This document shows positions 1-10,070 of a DNA stretch of 64,000 nucleotides, one piece after another. The translations under genes and the position numbers were made by a program. How positions within the stretch are numbered: position 1 is the stretch's first letter; each line of letters opens with the position of its first letter. The notes under the pieces were generated by a model. That model was not told where the DNA came from. It saw only the letters and a list, made by a program, of their open reading frames with translations, and did not search any database. Location of the stretch: the NCBI GenBank assembly GCA_963710995.1, contig CAVQCU010000056.1:432-64431 (forward strand), read 5' to 3'. The stretch is from an uncultured delta proteobacterium. GTDB lineage: Bacteria > Desulfobacterota > Syntrophia > Syntrophales > Smithellaceae.

Positions 1-1
1 C

Positions 2-742
<741 letters not shown>

Positions 743-802
743 AAAATACTACTTGACGTGAAACACAGTTGCTACAAAGAAACAACTTTTAAAAGCATTG
801 AT

Positions 803-825
803 GTTGAGGATTACTGGTTGAAAGG
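803..825 (+). repeat. Cassette-boundary module, diverged box1 only (copy M0)
   Basis: GTTGAGGATTACTGGTTGAAAGG resembles box1 (..TTTATTACGGATTGAAAG) and is nearly identical to 20644-20666. It lies just 3' of the IS110 transposase. Confidence 0.35.
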
Positions 826-848
826 TACAACGAATTGATTTCTCCATC

Positions 849-1062
849 TTATTCAAACTGATACCCTTTCTCCAGAAATAATCTCAGACAGGCATCCGCG
901 ACAGTATTATCGTAATGGGTTCTTTTATTTTTCTCGATCTCTTCAAGAGCTGCCTCAATATCCAAGGTTGGCCGATAGGAACGGTGGGAAGCCATGGCCT
1001 CCACAACGTCAGCGGCAGCCATAATTCGCGCCTCCAAGATAATTTCATCTCCCTTTAGGTTT
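849..1062 (-). pseudogene. HD-GYP/HD-domain protein, C-terminal remnant
   Basis: Only the last ~70 aa of an HD-type phosphohydrolase are present (EARIMAAADVVEAMASHRSYRP..EEALEEI..). The N-terminus is missing and the ORF overlaps the 3' end of the neighbouring Fe-S gene. Confidence 0.55.
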
Positions 1063-1938
1063 CTTAGTTTTCGGAATTGGAGTTTCACTAATAAAAGGCA
1101 GTTCCGACACGGCACTGATCCTATCTTTGATCTGCCTGATGAATTCCTCCTCGCCGGGAAAGGTCATCTTCACCGCGTCTACCGGGCATACCTCATGACA
1201 CCGGCCGCAGGCCTTGCAGTCATCAGTGATAATGGCTTTGCCGCTTTTCATCTCGATAGCCGAGACGAAGCATTTCTCAACGCAGATTTCACATCCGTCG
1301 CATTTTGCCTTATCGACTTCGACCGTAATACCTGGAAGTTTCTTATATGCGCCGTCAAGCGCCGGCCCTCGGCTTTTCATGTGCGTTCTATATAGACAAT
1401 TCACGTCGTCGCAGAAACAAATGAACATTAGTGGCTTGAACCTGACCCAGAAGGCGGTCATATCGATCCAGACATGAGCGATGTTCGCGATGAGTCCGAG
1501 CTTCGCGGCGCGCCTCACGTGCGCCACCGCCTCTGCTGTCGTTGCACTCCGTCCGTGCGAAGGGTGCATCCTCCTGATTGCGGGGCCAAGCACCATGCAT
1601 CCCAAATCCGCCGGTGGGTTGACCGACTTCTCGTGACGCCTGCAGATGCACTCACTGATTATGAATTTCTCTTCGACCTCAGACACTAGCCTTTCTAAGG
1701 TTCGAAGGGGAAGCGGGACACTCTTATTCGCAGGTATGCTCACGCCGATCGGAATCGAGGTGACTTCGTTATAAGGCCTCATGAAAAAAGGATTTATCAG
1801 CCATTTCAGGACAGGAACAGCACTCAGCTTCTTGCCATACTTGATTATGGGCCATGAGAGCCATACCATGATTCTGACCATTTTTCTGTTCGGGCCGAAT
1901 TTAAAAATATTTGCCAATGTGTATATCCTATTTTTCAA
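1045..1938 (-). CDS. 4Fe-4S dicluster domain protein with Cys-rich middle region, paralogue of 2216-3040
   Basis: Two CxxCxxCxxxC motifs (CDGCEICVEKC, CKACGRCHEVCP). Collinear similarity to the 274-aa ORF downstream, with a hydrophobic N-terminus. Confidence 0.75.
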   Translation of the reverse strand: MKNRIYTLANIFKFGPNRKMVRIMVWLSWPIIKYGKKLSAVPVLKWLINPFFMRPYNEVTSIPIGVSIPANKSVPLPLRTLERLVSEVEEKFIISECICRRHEKSVNPPADLGCMVLGPAIRRMHPSHGRSATTAEAVAHVRRAAKLGLIANIAHVWIDMTAFWVRFKPLMFICFCDDVNCLYRTHMKSRGPALDGAYKKLPGITVEVDKAKCDGCEICVEKCFVSAIEMKSGKAIITDDCKACGRCHEVCPVDAVKMTFPGEEEFIRQIKDRISAVSELPFISETPIPKTKKPKGR

Positions 1939-2200
1939 TTATCCCTTTTTTCAAAGCCAGCCACCATGTAAAGCCGAAGAGGATCGTCTTGATGAAGGCG
2001 GTACGTCCTGAGATACCTTTTCCGTCTGCTATTTTTTTTGATATGAGGGGAAATTCCAGGACATGAAGCGCTGCAAGGGCAATAAAAACAATCCACGCGA
2101 TCATCGATATGGACGGAACTAAAATCGCGGCGAGAAGTACCGCGACCCACAAACCAACCGCGCCAGCCATCAGGAAATACCAGAAACATTTTGAGTTCAT
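1928..2200 (-). CDS. Small integral membrane protein (3 predicted TM segments)
   Basis: 90-aa hydrophobic ORF packed between the two Fe-S paralogues. Its 3' end overlaps the next start by 11 nt. Confidence 0.55.
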   Translation of the reverse strand: MNSKCFWYFLMAGAVGLWVAVLLAAILVPSISMIAWIVFIALAALHVLEFPLISKKIADGKGISGRTAFIKTILFGFTWWLALKKGIIEK

Positions 2201-2215
2201 ATAAATCCTCTTGAA

Positions 2216-3040
2216 TTATTCAAAATTTATAAATGTTTTTATCCTGCCGTATATTTCATTCACCGCGCTTTCAACGCTTGCGATCTCGACACTGATCGCT
2301 TTCTCTTTGCAAACTGACGCGCATATCCCACAACCTTTGCATTTTTCCTGATCGTGAACTATCCGGCCGCAAGTAAGTTTTATGGCATCCATGAAACATT
2401 CGTCAATACATTTTCCACACTGTACGCATTTATCTTCAATGACGTCTATGGTCAGGCCTTCAAGCTTCACTATCGAGTCTGCGGCTTTTTCAGGCCAGTA
2501 TTTACCTGACTTGAGTATTGTGCAGCAGCATGTACAACAGTGGCAGAGCGTCAGAAGCTTTCCTCTGTCTTTCACTCCCCAGATGAAGTTGTCTATCCTG
2601 ACGCGACCCGTCTGCGGGATAAGGCCGTCTTCGAGTGTCTTGTGGAAATGTTCAATCGCTTCGTCAACTGAAACGTGCCTGGCTATCCGTGGGTCGATCT
2701 CTTTCGTCCCCTCGCCGAGGAGCGTGCATCCATATTCGATCGGATGATTCTTGCATCCGCAGGCGTCGCGGCACGTGCAGCGGTTGATTATGACCCTGTG
2801 TGAAGACTGTCTTACCAATACCTCAACCACCTTCTCCGGCAGGAAAGAAGATTCGGCTCCTTTTACTTCTTTATTTATGGGGATATAGCTGATGTTAAGG
2901 TTATTTCCTGAAAATAGCGGTGTCGTGACGACCGCGAGAAGTTTTCCTAAAACCGGAATTTTAGTCATCCTGGCGCTGGTCCAAGTTATCGGCCAGACAA
3001 CAGCAAGGAATTTAAGCCACCATGCGGGCCTTCTCGACAT
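2216..3040 (-). CDS. 4Fe-4S dicluster domain protein, paralogue of 1045-1938
   Basis: CVQCGKCIDEC and CKGCGICASVC ferredoxin motifs plus a shared Cys-rich core (CTCRDACGCKNHP..HCCTCCC). Confidence 0.75.
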   Translation of the reverse strand: MSRRPAWWLKFLAVVWPITWTSARMTKIPVLGKLLAVVTTPLFSGNNLNISYIPINKEVKGAESSFLPEKVVEVLVRQSSHRVIINRCTCRDACGCKNHPIEYGCTLLGEGTKEIDPRIARHVSVDEAIEHFHKTLEDGLIPQTGRVRIDNFIWGVKDRGKLLTLCHCCTCCCTILKSGKYWPEKAADSIVKLEGLTIDVIEDKCVQCGKCIDECFMDAIKLTCGRIVHDQEKCKGCGICASVCKEKAISVEIASVESAVNEIYGRIKTFINFE

Positions 3041-3127
3041 TGATTGTTCTCCTGATGCTGCTTTTGTTTCTTATATATGTTGATGCGCTTTGCCTGGCGC
3101 ACTAAGACATTGCTTTTCCATGCTTGA

Positions 3128-3156
3128 ACTATACGAATTTTGGTTTTGTATGTCAA
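3128..3156 (-). promoter_or_regulatory. Sigma70-type promoter inside module A, reading into 2216-3040
   Basis: Minus strand reads TTGACA-17 nt-TATAGT. Confidence 0.6.
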
Positions 3157-3280
3157 CAAAATATAGGTCGCAAAAATATAAGGTGTAGTGTCGATGCTTG
3201 CCGTTAAGAATGAATTGTGTTTATTACAGATTGAAAGAAAGTATATACGTGAAAAATCCTTAATGCTCGCTTACAGGAAG
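3128..3280 (+). repeat. Cassette-boundary module, full copy A (promoter part + box1 + linker + box2)
   Basis: Contains TTGTATGTCAA, GTGTCGATGCTTGCCG, GAATTGTGTTTATTACAGATTGAAAG, a 33-nt linker and TTACAGGAAGGAAGAAAG. Confidence 0.8.
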
Positions 3281-3432
3281 GAAGAAAGAAATAAAAAATT
3301 GGAGCGTAGCGATCGGCTGGATTGATTTGTTAAGAGGTTTTATGGAACAGAACAACTTCATTAAATAAAAACATAATTAACAATCTGTCAGGCCTCCAGA
3401 TTATCAAGACTGCTGCATGGCGAAAAAGGCAC

Positions 3433-3750
3433 TTATGTGATCATAGAGAATCCTACCTGAGTGATCTGGTCTTCCAGCTTCTTGATCCAGGACACTTTGG
3501 CTTTCACTATGGGGAGCTTGCCACATTTGCAAAGTACTTCCTGCCCCTGTTTGAAGCTTACTCCACCCACAAAAACGCCACAGCACCCCTTAAAACTTTC
3601 ATTTTGGCAAAGACCCACGCGCTGTTCCGTCTTCTTAGTACTCTCATCCAGATAATAAATAGTGACAAGCTCGTTCGGCTCAGCAGAATACCTAGTGTGT
3701 TTTCTATCTTTGTAACCGCTCATTGAAAACTCCCTCTGGTCTATTTCCAA
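3433..3750 (-). CDS. PilZ-domain protein (putative c-di-GMP receptor)
   Basis: RKHTRY (RxxxR-like) and NESFKGCCG (D/NxSxxG-like) motifs in a ~100-aa single-domain ORF. The start may instead be the internal ATG at 3723. Confidence 0.55.
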   Translation of the reverse strand: MEIDQREFSMSGYKDRKHTRYSAEPNELVTIYYLDESTKKTEQRVGLCQNESFKGCCGVFVGGVSFKQGQEVLCKCGKLPIVKAKVSWIKKLEDQITQVGFSMIT

Positions 3751-3823
3751 TCGAAAAGGACTTTCAATAAAATTTAATCTTCATAGGAAAATATTTGATA
3801 AGAGCTTGCTTTCACTGGAAGTG

Positions 3824-3852
3824 AGTGTAGTGTAGCCACGCATGTATGTCAA
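3824..3852 (-). promoter_or_regulatory. Sigma70-type promoter inside module B, reading into the PilZ gene
   Basis: Minus strand reads TTGACA-17 nt-TACACT. Confidence 0.55.
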
Positions 3853-3970
3853 GGAAATCTTGGCCACAAAATGTTAAGTATTAACGTTTGTCGTCGGGCG
3901 TAAATTGTGTTTATTACGGATTGAAAGCTTGCATCTTTGTCGAGATTGGCGTTTTGTTGATTACAGGAAG
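3824..3970 (+). repeat. Cassette-boundary module, full copy B
   Basis: Contains GTATGTCAA, TAAATTGTGTTTATTACGGATTGAAAG, a 33-nt linker and GATTACAGGAAGAAATGC. Confidence 0.8.
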
Positions 3971-4198
3971 AAATGCTTGCTGAGTTCCTACAAATACTCA
4001 ACTTTAGTACATTAATAAATTTGAGCATTATTGATCGAAAAGATGTAACGATTAATCAGTAACACGTGCAACTATTTTTGCAAAATCAATAAGTCGCCTT
4101 AATTAAAGGAGTGCCGGTCGGCTGACTGTAATCTATGGAAGTTTATTTTTTCTATTTCTGTTGACGGCAGAAAGAGCAGGCACATTCGCAATAGTCCT

Positions 4199-5341
4199 CT
4201 ACTCGAAGCCCATGATCTCATAAAGGCATTCACCTTCCAAAGGGATAACTTTGCCATGCTCGATGATGTTACCATTATATCTTGCAATGACCCGGAAATA
4301 GGTAGGCCTCGCAATAAACGTGCGAGCGACCCACTGGGAAAAGGGGTTCAATTCTGCTGTCGTGAGAAGGTCAACATCTTCTACCAAGGAATTGAACTGG
4401 ATGTGCAGGTGAGCCTCCACCTCTCCCTCGGCAAAATCAATACTGATCTGTCTCGGATAATGGCGCTTCAATACAGGGTGAGTGACGAAATCCCACTGGC
4501 GAATTGTAGGACTGCCTGTGCCTACGATAATTTTATCTCCCTTGGCAATATAAAGCGGCCTCGCCTTATTCATGGAAGGATCGATATAGTCAACGTCTGC
4601 GTAGATGATGGTATACTCGTTCGCGAAGATCCTTCCCCACACCCAGTGCCGCGTTATCTCGTTGAGTGGTTTCCTGCCCCAGTTGTGGTCGGCATATCCC
4701 ACTCCTTTTACATGCCGGGTATGCCCGTCCTGGGTTATGGTGCCCTCTATGCGGTTACGTGCCTGATGCACGCTCCAGAAAAAATCAAGGGAGTCTTCGT
4801 TGACTCTATCTGTACCGGCGGGCATCCATCCCGGTGCTATCATGGTAAATTTTAAATCTGCCACGATGCCTTCCATGTTCCACTGCACATGGTAATTCTT
4901 ATCGTCCATTCTTCGGACAAAACCCAAGGGGCAGGTAACATCCACATCCTCTGTTGAGGATTGCATCTCTTCGGTTTGAAGTGATTTTAGAATGGACCTT
5001 TTCTTCCAGTCCGGGCTGTAGAGCGAAAATGTGACCCCGGGTTTTCCGTTCGTAAAACTCGGGTGAAGGAATGCCCCCACAAAGGTCTCTCCAGTATCTA
5101 AATGTCCATCAAAGTACCACCACTCGAAGGGACGTTTGCCTGTGATCGTATGGCGGGCCCTGTCCTGAGCATTGGGTTGGTTCTTGCCCCAATTCAGATA
5201 CGCGTTGCTTTTGCCAATGCTCTCGGTGGGTCTAGGCAAAGAGGTGCAGGAAAGGGTTGCCAAGACCAGCAGTACGGCGAAAAAAATTGCTGGAAACATA
5301 TCTGGCGCGTGGCATTTTTTGATAAGATATTGCTTCTGCAT
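4199..5341 (-). CDS. CrtC/AttH-like (hydroxyneurosporene-synthase family) lipoprotein
   Basis: Signal peptide ending in a lipobox-like LATLSC. WEWWYFDGHL motif and beta-rich 380-aa body are typical of the CrtC/AttH lipocalin-like family. Confidence 0.65.
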   Translation of the reverse strand: MQKQYLIKKCHAPDMFPAIFFAVLLVLATLSCTSLPRPTESIGKSNAYLNWGKNQPNAQDRARHTITGKRPFEWWYFDGHLDTGETFVGAFLHPSFTNGKPGVTFSLYSPDWKKRSILKSLQTEEMQSSTEDVDVTCPLGFVRRMDDKNYHVQWNMEGIVADLKFTMIAPGWMPAGTDRVNEDSLDFFWSVHQARNRIEGTITQDGHTRHVKGVGYADHNWGRKPLNEITRHWVWGRIFANEYTIIYADVDYIDPSMNKARPLYIAKGDKIIVGTGSPTIRQWDFVTHPVLKRHYPRQISIDFAEGEVEAHLHIQFNSLVEDVDLLTTAELNPFSQWVARTFIARPTYFRVIARYNGNIIEHGKVIPLEGECLYEIMGFE

Positions 5342-5347
5342 GGATAA

Positions 5348-5376
5348 ATTATAGGAAGGCCTGTCTTGTATGTCAA
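5348..5376 (-). promoter_or_regulatory. Consensus sigma70 promoter placed for a leaderless mRNA of 4199-5341
   Basis: Minus strand reads TTGACA-17 nt-TATAAT-TTATCC-ATG. The start codon begins 7 nt after the -10 box. Confidence 0.65.
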
Positions 5377-5461
5377 GAAAATCTTGTGGTGTGAATGATG
5401 TTTATTACGGGTTGAAATCTAGCATATTTATTGAGGTTGATGATTTGTGGATTACAGGAAG
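5348..5461 (+). repeat. Cassette-boundary module, copy C
   Basis: Contains TTGTATGTCAAG, GAATGATGTTTATTACGGGTTGAAAT, a 33-nt linker and GGATTACAGGAAG. Confidence 0.8.
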
Positions 5462-5552
5462 TTATCGATAGCATGGTGGTCACTGATGCGGATAAGCATG
5501 TTGAGTGGTTTGTGTGGGCCGGGGGAAGAACCCCCGGCACCTGGAATAGCTT

Positions 5553-6071
5553 TTATTTCAGCCTTTCTTCCGACAATTGCAAATGGTCTGTTTCGATTTC
5601 CACTAATGCTTCAAAAAGCTGCTTTATCCGTTGATGATCCGATTCCATAGCCGACTTTTTATAGAATGCGATCGCCCTTGCTTCCCTTTCGTGGGACTCT
5701 TTTAAGTTCTCAACATTCTCAATGTGGCATGTCTCGCTTCCCGGAGGAACGGATCCCAGCTTGAGTATTTTTCTCCATATGGACGCGTGCTCCGCCTCAA
5801 TCTTGCCCAGCGCTTTGAACAAAATTTTCCCTTCAGGATCATTTGTTTTATCCGCAGCGCACGCATAAAATGTCGAATTGCTTATTTCCACCTTGAGAGC
5901 GTGTTCGACATTAGTTTTATCCTGGGTGCTGAGAGGAATATCAAAGTTCACTATAACCGCTTTTACCTCCATAATGTAACTCATGTGGGCACCGCAGAAA
6001 GGGCAGTTTGACGGAGGATTGGCGCCGATATACGCATCGCCGCAAATAATACATCTGTACAATTTAACCAT
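5553..6071 (-). CDS. Rubrerythrin-family protein with N-terminal rubredoxin-like Cys4 site
   Basis: N-terminal CIICG..CPFCG followed by a ferritin-like four-helix region (..EHAL..EAEHA..HEREA..ETDHL). Confidence 0.75.
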   Translation of the reverse strand: MVKLYRCIICGDAYIGANPPSNCPFCGAHMSYIMEVKAVIVNFDIPLSTQDKTNVEHALKVEISNSTFYACAADKTNDPEGKILFKALGKIEAEHASIWRKILKLGSVPPGSETCHIENVENLKESHEREARAIAFYKKSAMESDHQRIKQLFEALVEIETDHLQLSEERLK

Positions 6072-6101
6072 TTTTTCTCCTTTCAGAATCCTTCAATTTT
6101 T

Positions 6102-6130
6102 ATATTACCAATTATTTTATCGTTTTACAA
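6102..6130 (-). promoter_or_regulatory. Sigma70-type promoter of the rubrerythrin gene
   Basis: Minus strand reads TTGTAA-17 nt-TAATAT, about 30 nt upstream of a GGAGAAAAAA RBS and the ATG. Confidence 0.45.
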
Positions 6131-6197
6131 TTTCCAGAGGCCATGGAGATTGCAGTATCCCCGCACCATAATATTCTCCGCCTTTTCAAAGCGTTAT

Positions 6198-6581
6198 TTA
6201 CTTGCCGTCGCCAATTAGAGGCAATATTTTGTCCACTTTAAAATAGATGAGAAATTTTGATTCCGTATTATCTTTACACCCGATTCCTTTATATTTCTTG
6301 CGGCGGATTTTTTCGATCAGAGAGCTGTCTTTTTCCTCGTGTGTCTTTGTAAGATAAAGCCTTCGTCCTTTATAAGAGCCATCCTCTTTGAATAGATATG
6401 TAGCGGAAGGATTCTTTTTCAAATTGGCGTGAGTCAATCTATCGGAGGCAATAAAGGCAACCGTATATTCATCCATAAAATGCGGCCGTCCATAGATAGC
6501 CGCATTTACCTTTCCCTTGTCATCGGCGGTAGAAAGAACGCCGACTCCATTAGTATTTTCAAAATAGTCGTCAAGCTTCAT
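6198..6581 (-). CDS. Pyridoxamine-5'-phosphate-oxidase-like (FMN-binding split-barrel) protein
   Basis: ~127 aa with a GVLSTADDKGKVNAAIYG..HFMDE pattern. I moved the start to the ATG preceded by AAGGAG. Confidence 0.6.
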   Translation of the reverse strand: MKLDDYFENTNGVGVLSTADDKGKVNAAIYGRPHFMDEYTVAFIASDRLTHANLKKNPSATYLFKEDGSYKGRRLYLTKTHEEKDSSLIEKIRRKKYKGIGCKDNTESKFLIYFKVDKILPLIGDGK

Positions 6582-6662
6582 ATTTTCTCCTTTTAAATCC
6601 AACTCTTTTCAGGTAAATTAAGGCATCTTTATCTGATTGTAAAGAGAAAGGGCAAATTTAAA

Positions 6663-7178
6663 ATGAAAAAAATAATCATTATCTTTGTTTTATTAGTAGC
6701 AGGTTGCGTCAATGTACCGGAAAATATAACACCTGTTGATAATTTCAATATCGAGCGGTATCTGGGAAAGTGGTACGAAATAGCTCGGCTTGATCATTCC
6801 TTTGAACGGGGGCTCACGTCGGTTAGTGCTGAGTATAGCCTGCGGTCCGATGGAGGTTTGCGGGTTGTGAATCGAGGTTATTCTCAAAAGGAAAATAAGT
6901 GGAAAGAGATTGAAGGCAAGGGGTATTTCGTTGATCGTAAAGATCAGGGCTTTCTGAAAGTTTCTTTTTTCGGCCCTTTTTATGGATCGTATGTTGTCTT
7001 TGATCTGGATCGTGAGAATTATTCATACGCACTGGTATGTGGTCCAGATAAATCTTATCTATGGCTTTTGGCCCGCAACCCGAAAATAGATGATAATTTG
7101 AAAAAACGTCTGGTTGATAAAGCCGCCTATCTGGGATTTGACACGGACAAATTAATCTACGTACAGCATGATGACTAA
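6663..7178 (+). CDS. blc: Bacterial lipocalin (outer-membrane lipoprotein Blc)
   Basis: Lipobox LVAGC, then the signature NFNIERYLGKWYEIARLDHSFERG and ..LWLLARNP.. of Blc-type lipocalins. Confidence 0.9.
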   Translation: MKKIIIIFVLLVAGCVNVPENITPVDNFNIERYLGKWYEIARLDHSFERGLTSVSAEYSLRSDGGLRVVNRGYSQKENKWKEIEGKGYFVDRKDQGFLKVSFFGPFYGSYVVFDLDRENYSYALVCGPDKSYLWLLARNPKIDDNLKKRLVDKAAYLGFDTDKLIYVQHDD

Positions 7179-7182
7179 ATCA

Positions 7183-7243
7183 TTTATTACGGATGGAAAT
7201 CTAGTATATTCGACAAAGATAACGATTTATTTATTTCAGGAAG
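7183..7243 (+). repeat. Cassette-boundary module, core-only copy D
   Basis: Contains TTTATTACGGATGGAAAT, a 33-nt linker and TTTCAGGAAGAAAAT. Confidence 0.7.
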
Positions 7244-7293
7244 AAAATAATTATTTAGCTAATATTAAGTTTGTTATGAAAGTTAATATTAGC

Positions 7294-9000
7294 CTAACCC
7301 ACGTTAACGCTGTCCCACTTTCCTTTTTCGCGCAACTCCTTAATGATTTCCTCCGCCAGTTCTTTCAGTGCCAGTTTATCCACTTTTGTGCTTCTGGTTA
7401 GCGGCAGTAGTTTATCAGCAGGCCATATTTCCACATGCTGTGGCCTCTTGTAGGCCGCTATTGATTTACAGTAGTCCATTACAGCTTCCGGTGTAAGGGA
7501 AATACCAGCTACTGGACGCACAAAGGCAAAAATTCCTTCGTCAAATACACGGTGAGGCATGCCGACAACTTCTGCAACATCGACGCCTTCCATACTGACA
7601 ATAAATGACTCGATCTCATCGGGAAATACATTGTAGCCTTTCTGTTTTATCACGAACTTTCGCCGTCCGGAAAGGTAGAGTGCACGATAGCTTCCCATCT
7701 CCTTGAAATATCCGAGGTCCCCCGTGTACAGGATTCCCTCTTTTGAAATCGCCTTGGAGGTTTCCTCAGGTTGATTAAAATAACCCAGAAAAACGATGGG
7801 AGGATGATAGCATATTTCCCCTACTTCACCAACTGGTAGCTCTTCTCCTGCTGAACCGTCCTCTTTCATCGGACTGCGGATAGTAACCGGAGCAAGGTCC
7901 GGATAGGCCTGCCCGACCTGACCAGCCATCTCTTCAAGGGATATACCCTCAGGTGTGAATGTGGCAAATCCCGCATTCTCTGTCATACCGATGCCAGTGC
8001 CAAAACGTGGCGCCATTTTGGACAGCTTTTTAAGAAATTCAACGTCGACTGCAGACCCGGCATAAGCAACAAATTTAAGGCTTCCCAAATTATATTTAGC
8101 ATAGTTTTTATGAGCCCATAGCATCCGAAACTGTGTTGGAATCTGGCCGAGAGCATTAATACTCCATTTCTCAATGGCCTCCAAGGTAAGTGCAACATCA
8201 AAGACGCGAAGAAAAACTGATGTGCCTCCGCGATAAGTTGTTGTCATGAAAAGCTCAGTCACACAACCCACATGGCTTGGCGGGAGATTGATCAATACAC
8301 GCATATCCGATGAAAGGTTTGTTCCACGGGAAAGGATCTCGTTTTGCACGAGAATATTTTCATGACACAATACTGCCGGTTTAGGTTCACCGGTGGTACC
8401 TGTGGTATAAATGATAAGAGCCGGTGTGCGGGGGCCTATCTCTGCATAGACCCTTTCAAGCTTTCGAGTAAAAACATTCTTTATTTTAAGCCATAAGAGA
8501 CGTCCTTTGTTCATCAATTCGGTAATTGATATTGCTCCAGGAATTATATCACCTGGCTTCGGATCAGGTGTAAACTGGACAAGATGTTCCACATATGGAC
8601 AACGGTCACATACAGCCTCACCTATTTTTGTAAAATCTATGACAGAGGTCTTGCCAAGAAAAAAGAATGCCTTTGGTTTTATCTTGCCAAGATCGCGCAC
8701 AACCTCATCTTCCTTAAGGCGAAGATCCAAGGGGGCAATAATGGCTCCTATTTTAAAGCAGGCATACATGAAAATGATATGTTCAGGGATGAGTACAAGC
8801 TGTGTGGCGACGCGGTCACCTTTGCCTATACCCATATCAAGTAGCTTCAAAGCAAAAAAGTCAATGAGCGTCTTAAATTTACCGTACGTCACAATCTTCC
8901 CGTCTTCGTGCTGGATCATGGCTTCTCTATCCGGTACCTTTTGTGCCCAGTACTCGACGTAGTTGTTCAAAAGCGGCAACTTGACCATAACATCCTTCAT
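7294..9000 (-). CDS. AMP-dependent acyl-CoA synthetase/ligase
   Basis: AMP-binding motifs IIYTTGTTGEPKP and YTGDLGY. I moved the start to the ATG at 9000 to avoid overlapping the upstream MaoC gene. Confidence 0.85.
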   Translation of the reverse strand: MKDVMVKLPLLNNYVEYWAQKVPDREAMIQHEDGKIVTYGKFKTLIDFFALKLLDMGIGKGDRVATQLVLIPEHIIFMYACFKIGAIIAPLDLRLKEDEVVRDLGKIKPKAFFFLGKTSVIDFTKIGEAVCDRCPYVEHLVQFTPDPKPGDIIPGAISITELMNKGRLLWLKIKNVFTRKLERVYAEIGPRTPALIIYTTGTTGEPKPAVLCHENILVQNEILSRGTNLSSDMRVLINLPPSHVGCVTELFMTTTYRGGTSVFLRVFDVALTLEAIEKWSINALGQIPTQFRMLWAHKNYAKYNLGSLKFVAYAGSAVDVEFLKKLSKMAPRFGTGIGMTENAGFATFTPEGISLEEMAGQVGQAYPDLAPVTIRSPMKEDGSAGEELPVGEVGEICYHPPIVFLGYFNQPEETSKAISKEGILYTGDLGYFKEMGSYRALYLSGRRKFVIKQKGYNVFPDEIESFIVSMEGVDVAEVVGMPHRVFDEGIFAFVRPVAGISLTPEAVMDYCKSIAAYKRPQHVEIWPADKLLPLTRSTKVDKLALKELAEEIIKELREKGKWDSVNVG

Positions 9001-9043
9001 ATATTTCTCCCTGAATTGTTCTGGTACTTTGTATCTTCTGGCC

Positions 9044-9928
9044 TTAATCAGCGGAGAGACAACCGCTGCTAATAACTCGTTTCCCATCGATGTTGCATAC
9101 ATCGAACAACAAGTCTGTTGCGGTATTGTTTTTCCTTTTTTCAATCATACGGACAGAAATATTCGAACCGGGTAAAACCATACCGGTGAAACGGCAGGAA
9201 ACTGATTTGACCCTTGTTGGTTCTCGGTTGAGTTCTCTATTAACAAGTTCCGTAACGGCAAGGGCAAGGGTTGCGGTACCCTGCAGGATAATACCCGGAA
9301 GGCCTACCATGCGGGCAAATTTAATTGAAGTGTGAATGGGGAAAACAATATCAGTACAGCCATCATAAACAAATGGCATAAGCTTGTCTATTGATAAAGT
9401 GCTCGTCCAGCAGGGATCAACTGCATCACTGATATTCTGGACAATGGGAAGAGATTCCTTACCGGAGCCGCCACCGATACATTCAACACCGCGTAGCATA
9501 GCCCCTATATGTTCAGTAAATACCGGGGCTCCTTCTTTTTCCCGGGCAACAAGGCGGATTATGACATGAGTGCCAGCGCGATGTGGCAGTATCGCAACAA
9601 TTTGACCTTTAATGACAAGCTCAAGGCCTGGTGATAACGGCTGATGAATTTCCAGATGCTCTGTATAATGCACTTGAGAAAGTAACAGCTCCGTAGGAAA
9701 TTTTTCTGAAACAATAAATTCCTGAATCCGGCCTATGATGTTCCAGCTGATAGCTACAGGATAAAGAGGGTGTGCGATAATTCCATTAGAACTTTCATCA
9801 TCAAAATATCGTGGATTAGCGTCGCCAATCGCTGCTGAATAATTCATGATATCCCGCCAGTTCACTGAAGTTTCGTAATCCCGTAGATGTGTTCCGTTCA
9901 GCTCCGAGTTAAGGGTAGGTTTGTTCAT
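9044..9928 (-). CDS. MaoC-like double hot-dog (enoyl-CoA hydratase/dehydratase family) protein
   Basis: ~295 aa with two hot-dog halves (..YSAAIGDANPRYFDD.. and ..IVFPIHTSIKFARMVGLPGIILQGTATLA..). Confidence 0.7.
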   Translation of the reverse strand: MNKPTLNSELNGTHLRDYETSVNWRDIMNYSAAIGDANPRYFDDESSNGIIAHPLYPVAISWNIIGRIQEFIVSEKFPTELLLSQVHYTEHLEIHQPLSPGLELVIKGQIVAILPHRAGTHVIIRLVAREKEGAPVFTEHIGAMLRGVECIGGGSGKESLPIVQNISDAVDPCWTSTLSIDKLMPFVYDGCTDIVFPIHTSIKFARMVGLPGIILQGTATLALAVTELVNRELNREPTRVKSVSCRFTGMVLPGSNISVRMIEKRKNNTATDLLFDVCNIDGKRVISSGCLSAD

Positions 9929-10070
9929 AATAATAAACCCCAATAATTATTTTGAGTCTAATAGACAGTTTTCTCCGGACAAGTCAGATCAATTTTTATT
10001 CTCACCTTTTATCGCCGAGAAACACACCAATCAGTGCTTACATATCATAGTTTCCATAGCAATAAAATTG

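Noticed and set aside
3217-3280. The module as a CRISPR repeat or mini-array. Box1 is 28 nt and ends in the Cas6-type ATTGAAAG handle. It is followed by ~33 nt and a partially similar box2.
   Set aside because: Copies are kilobases apart with genes between them. The 33-nt spacer-like segment is homologous between copies (A, G and K are nearly the same), so it is not a set of acquired spacers. Box2 is only ~60% similar to box1, and there are no cas genes in the window.
3907-3970. The module as a canonical integron attC site.
   Set aside because: I find no RYYYAAC/GTTRRRY inverse core pair. The two conserved boxes are direct, not inverted, repeats. I could not draw a convincing bottom-strand hairpin, and no intI or attI is in the window. 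I keep only the architectural analogy, as a hypothesis.
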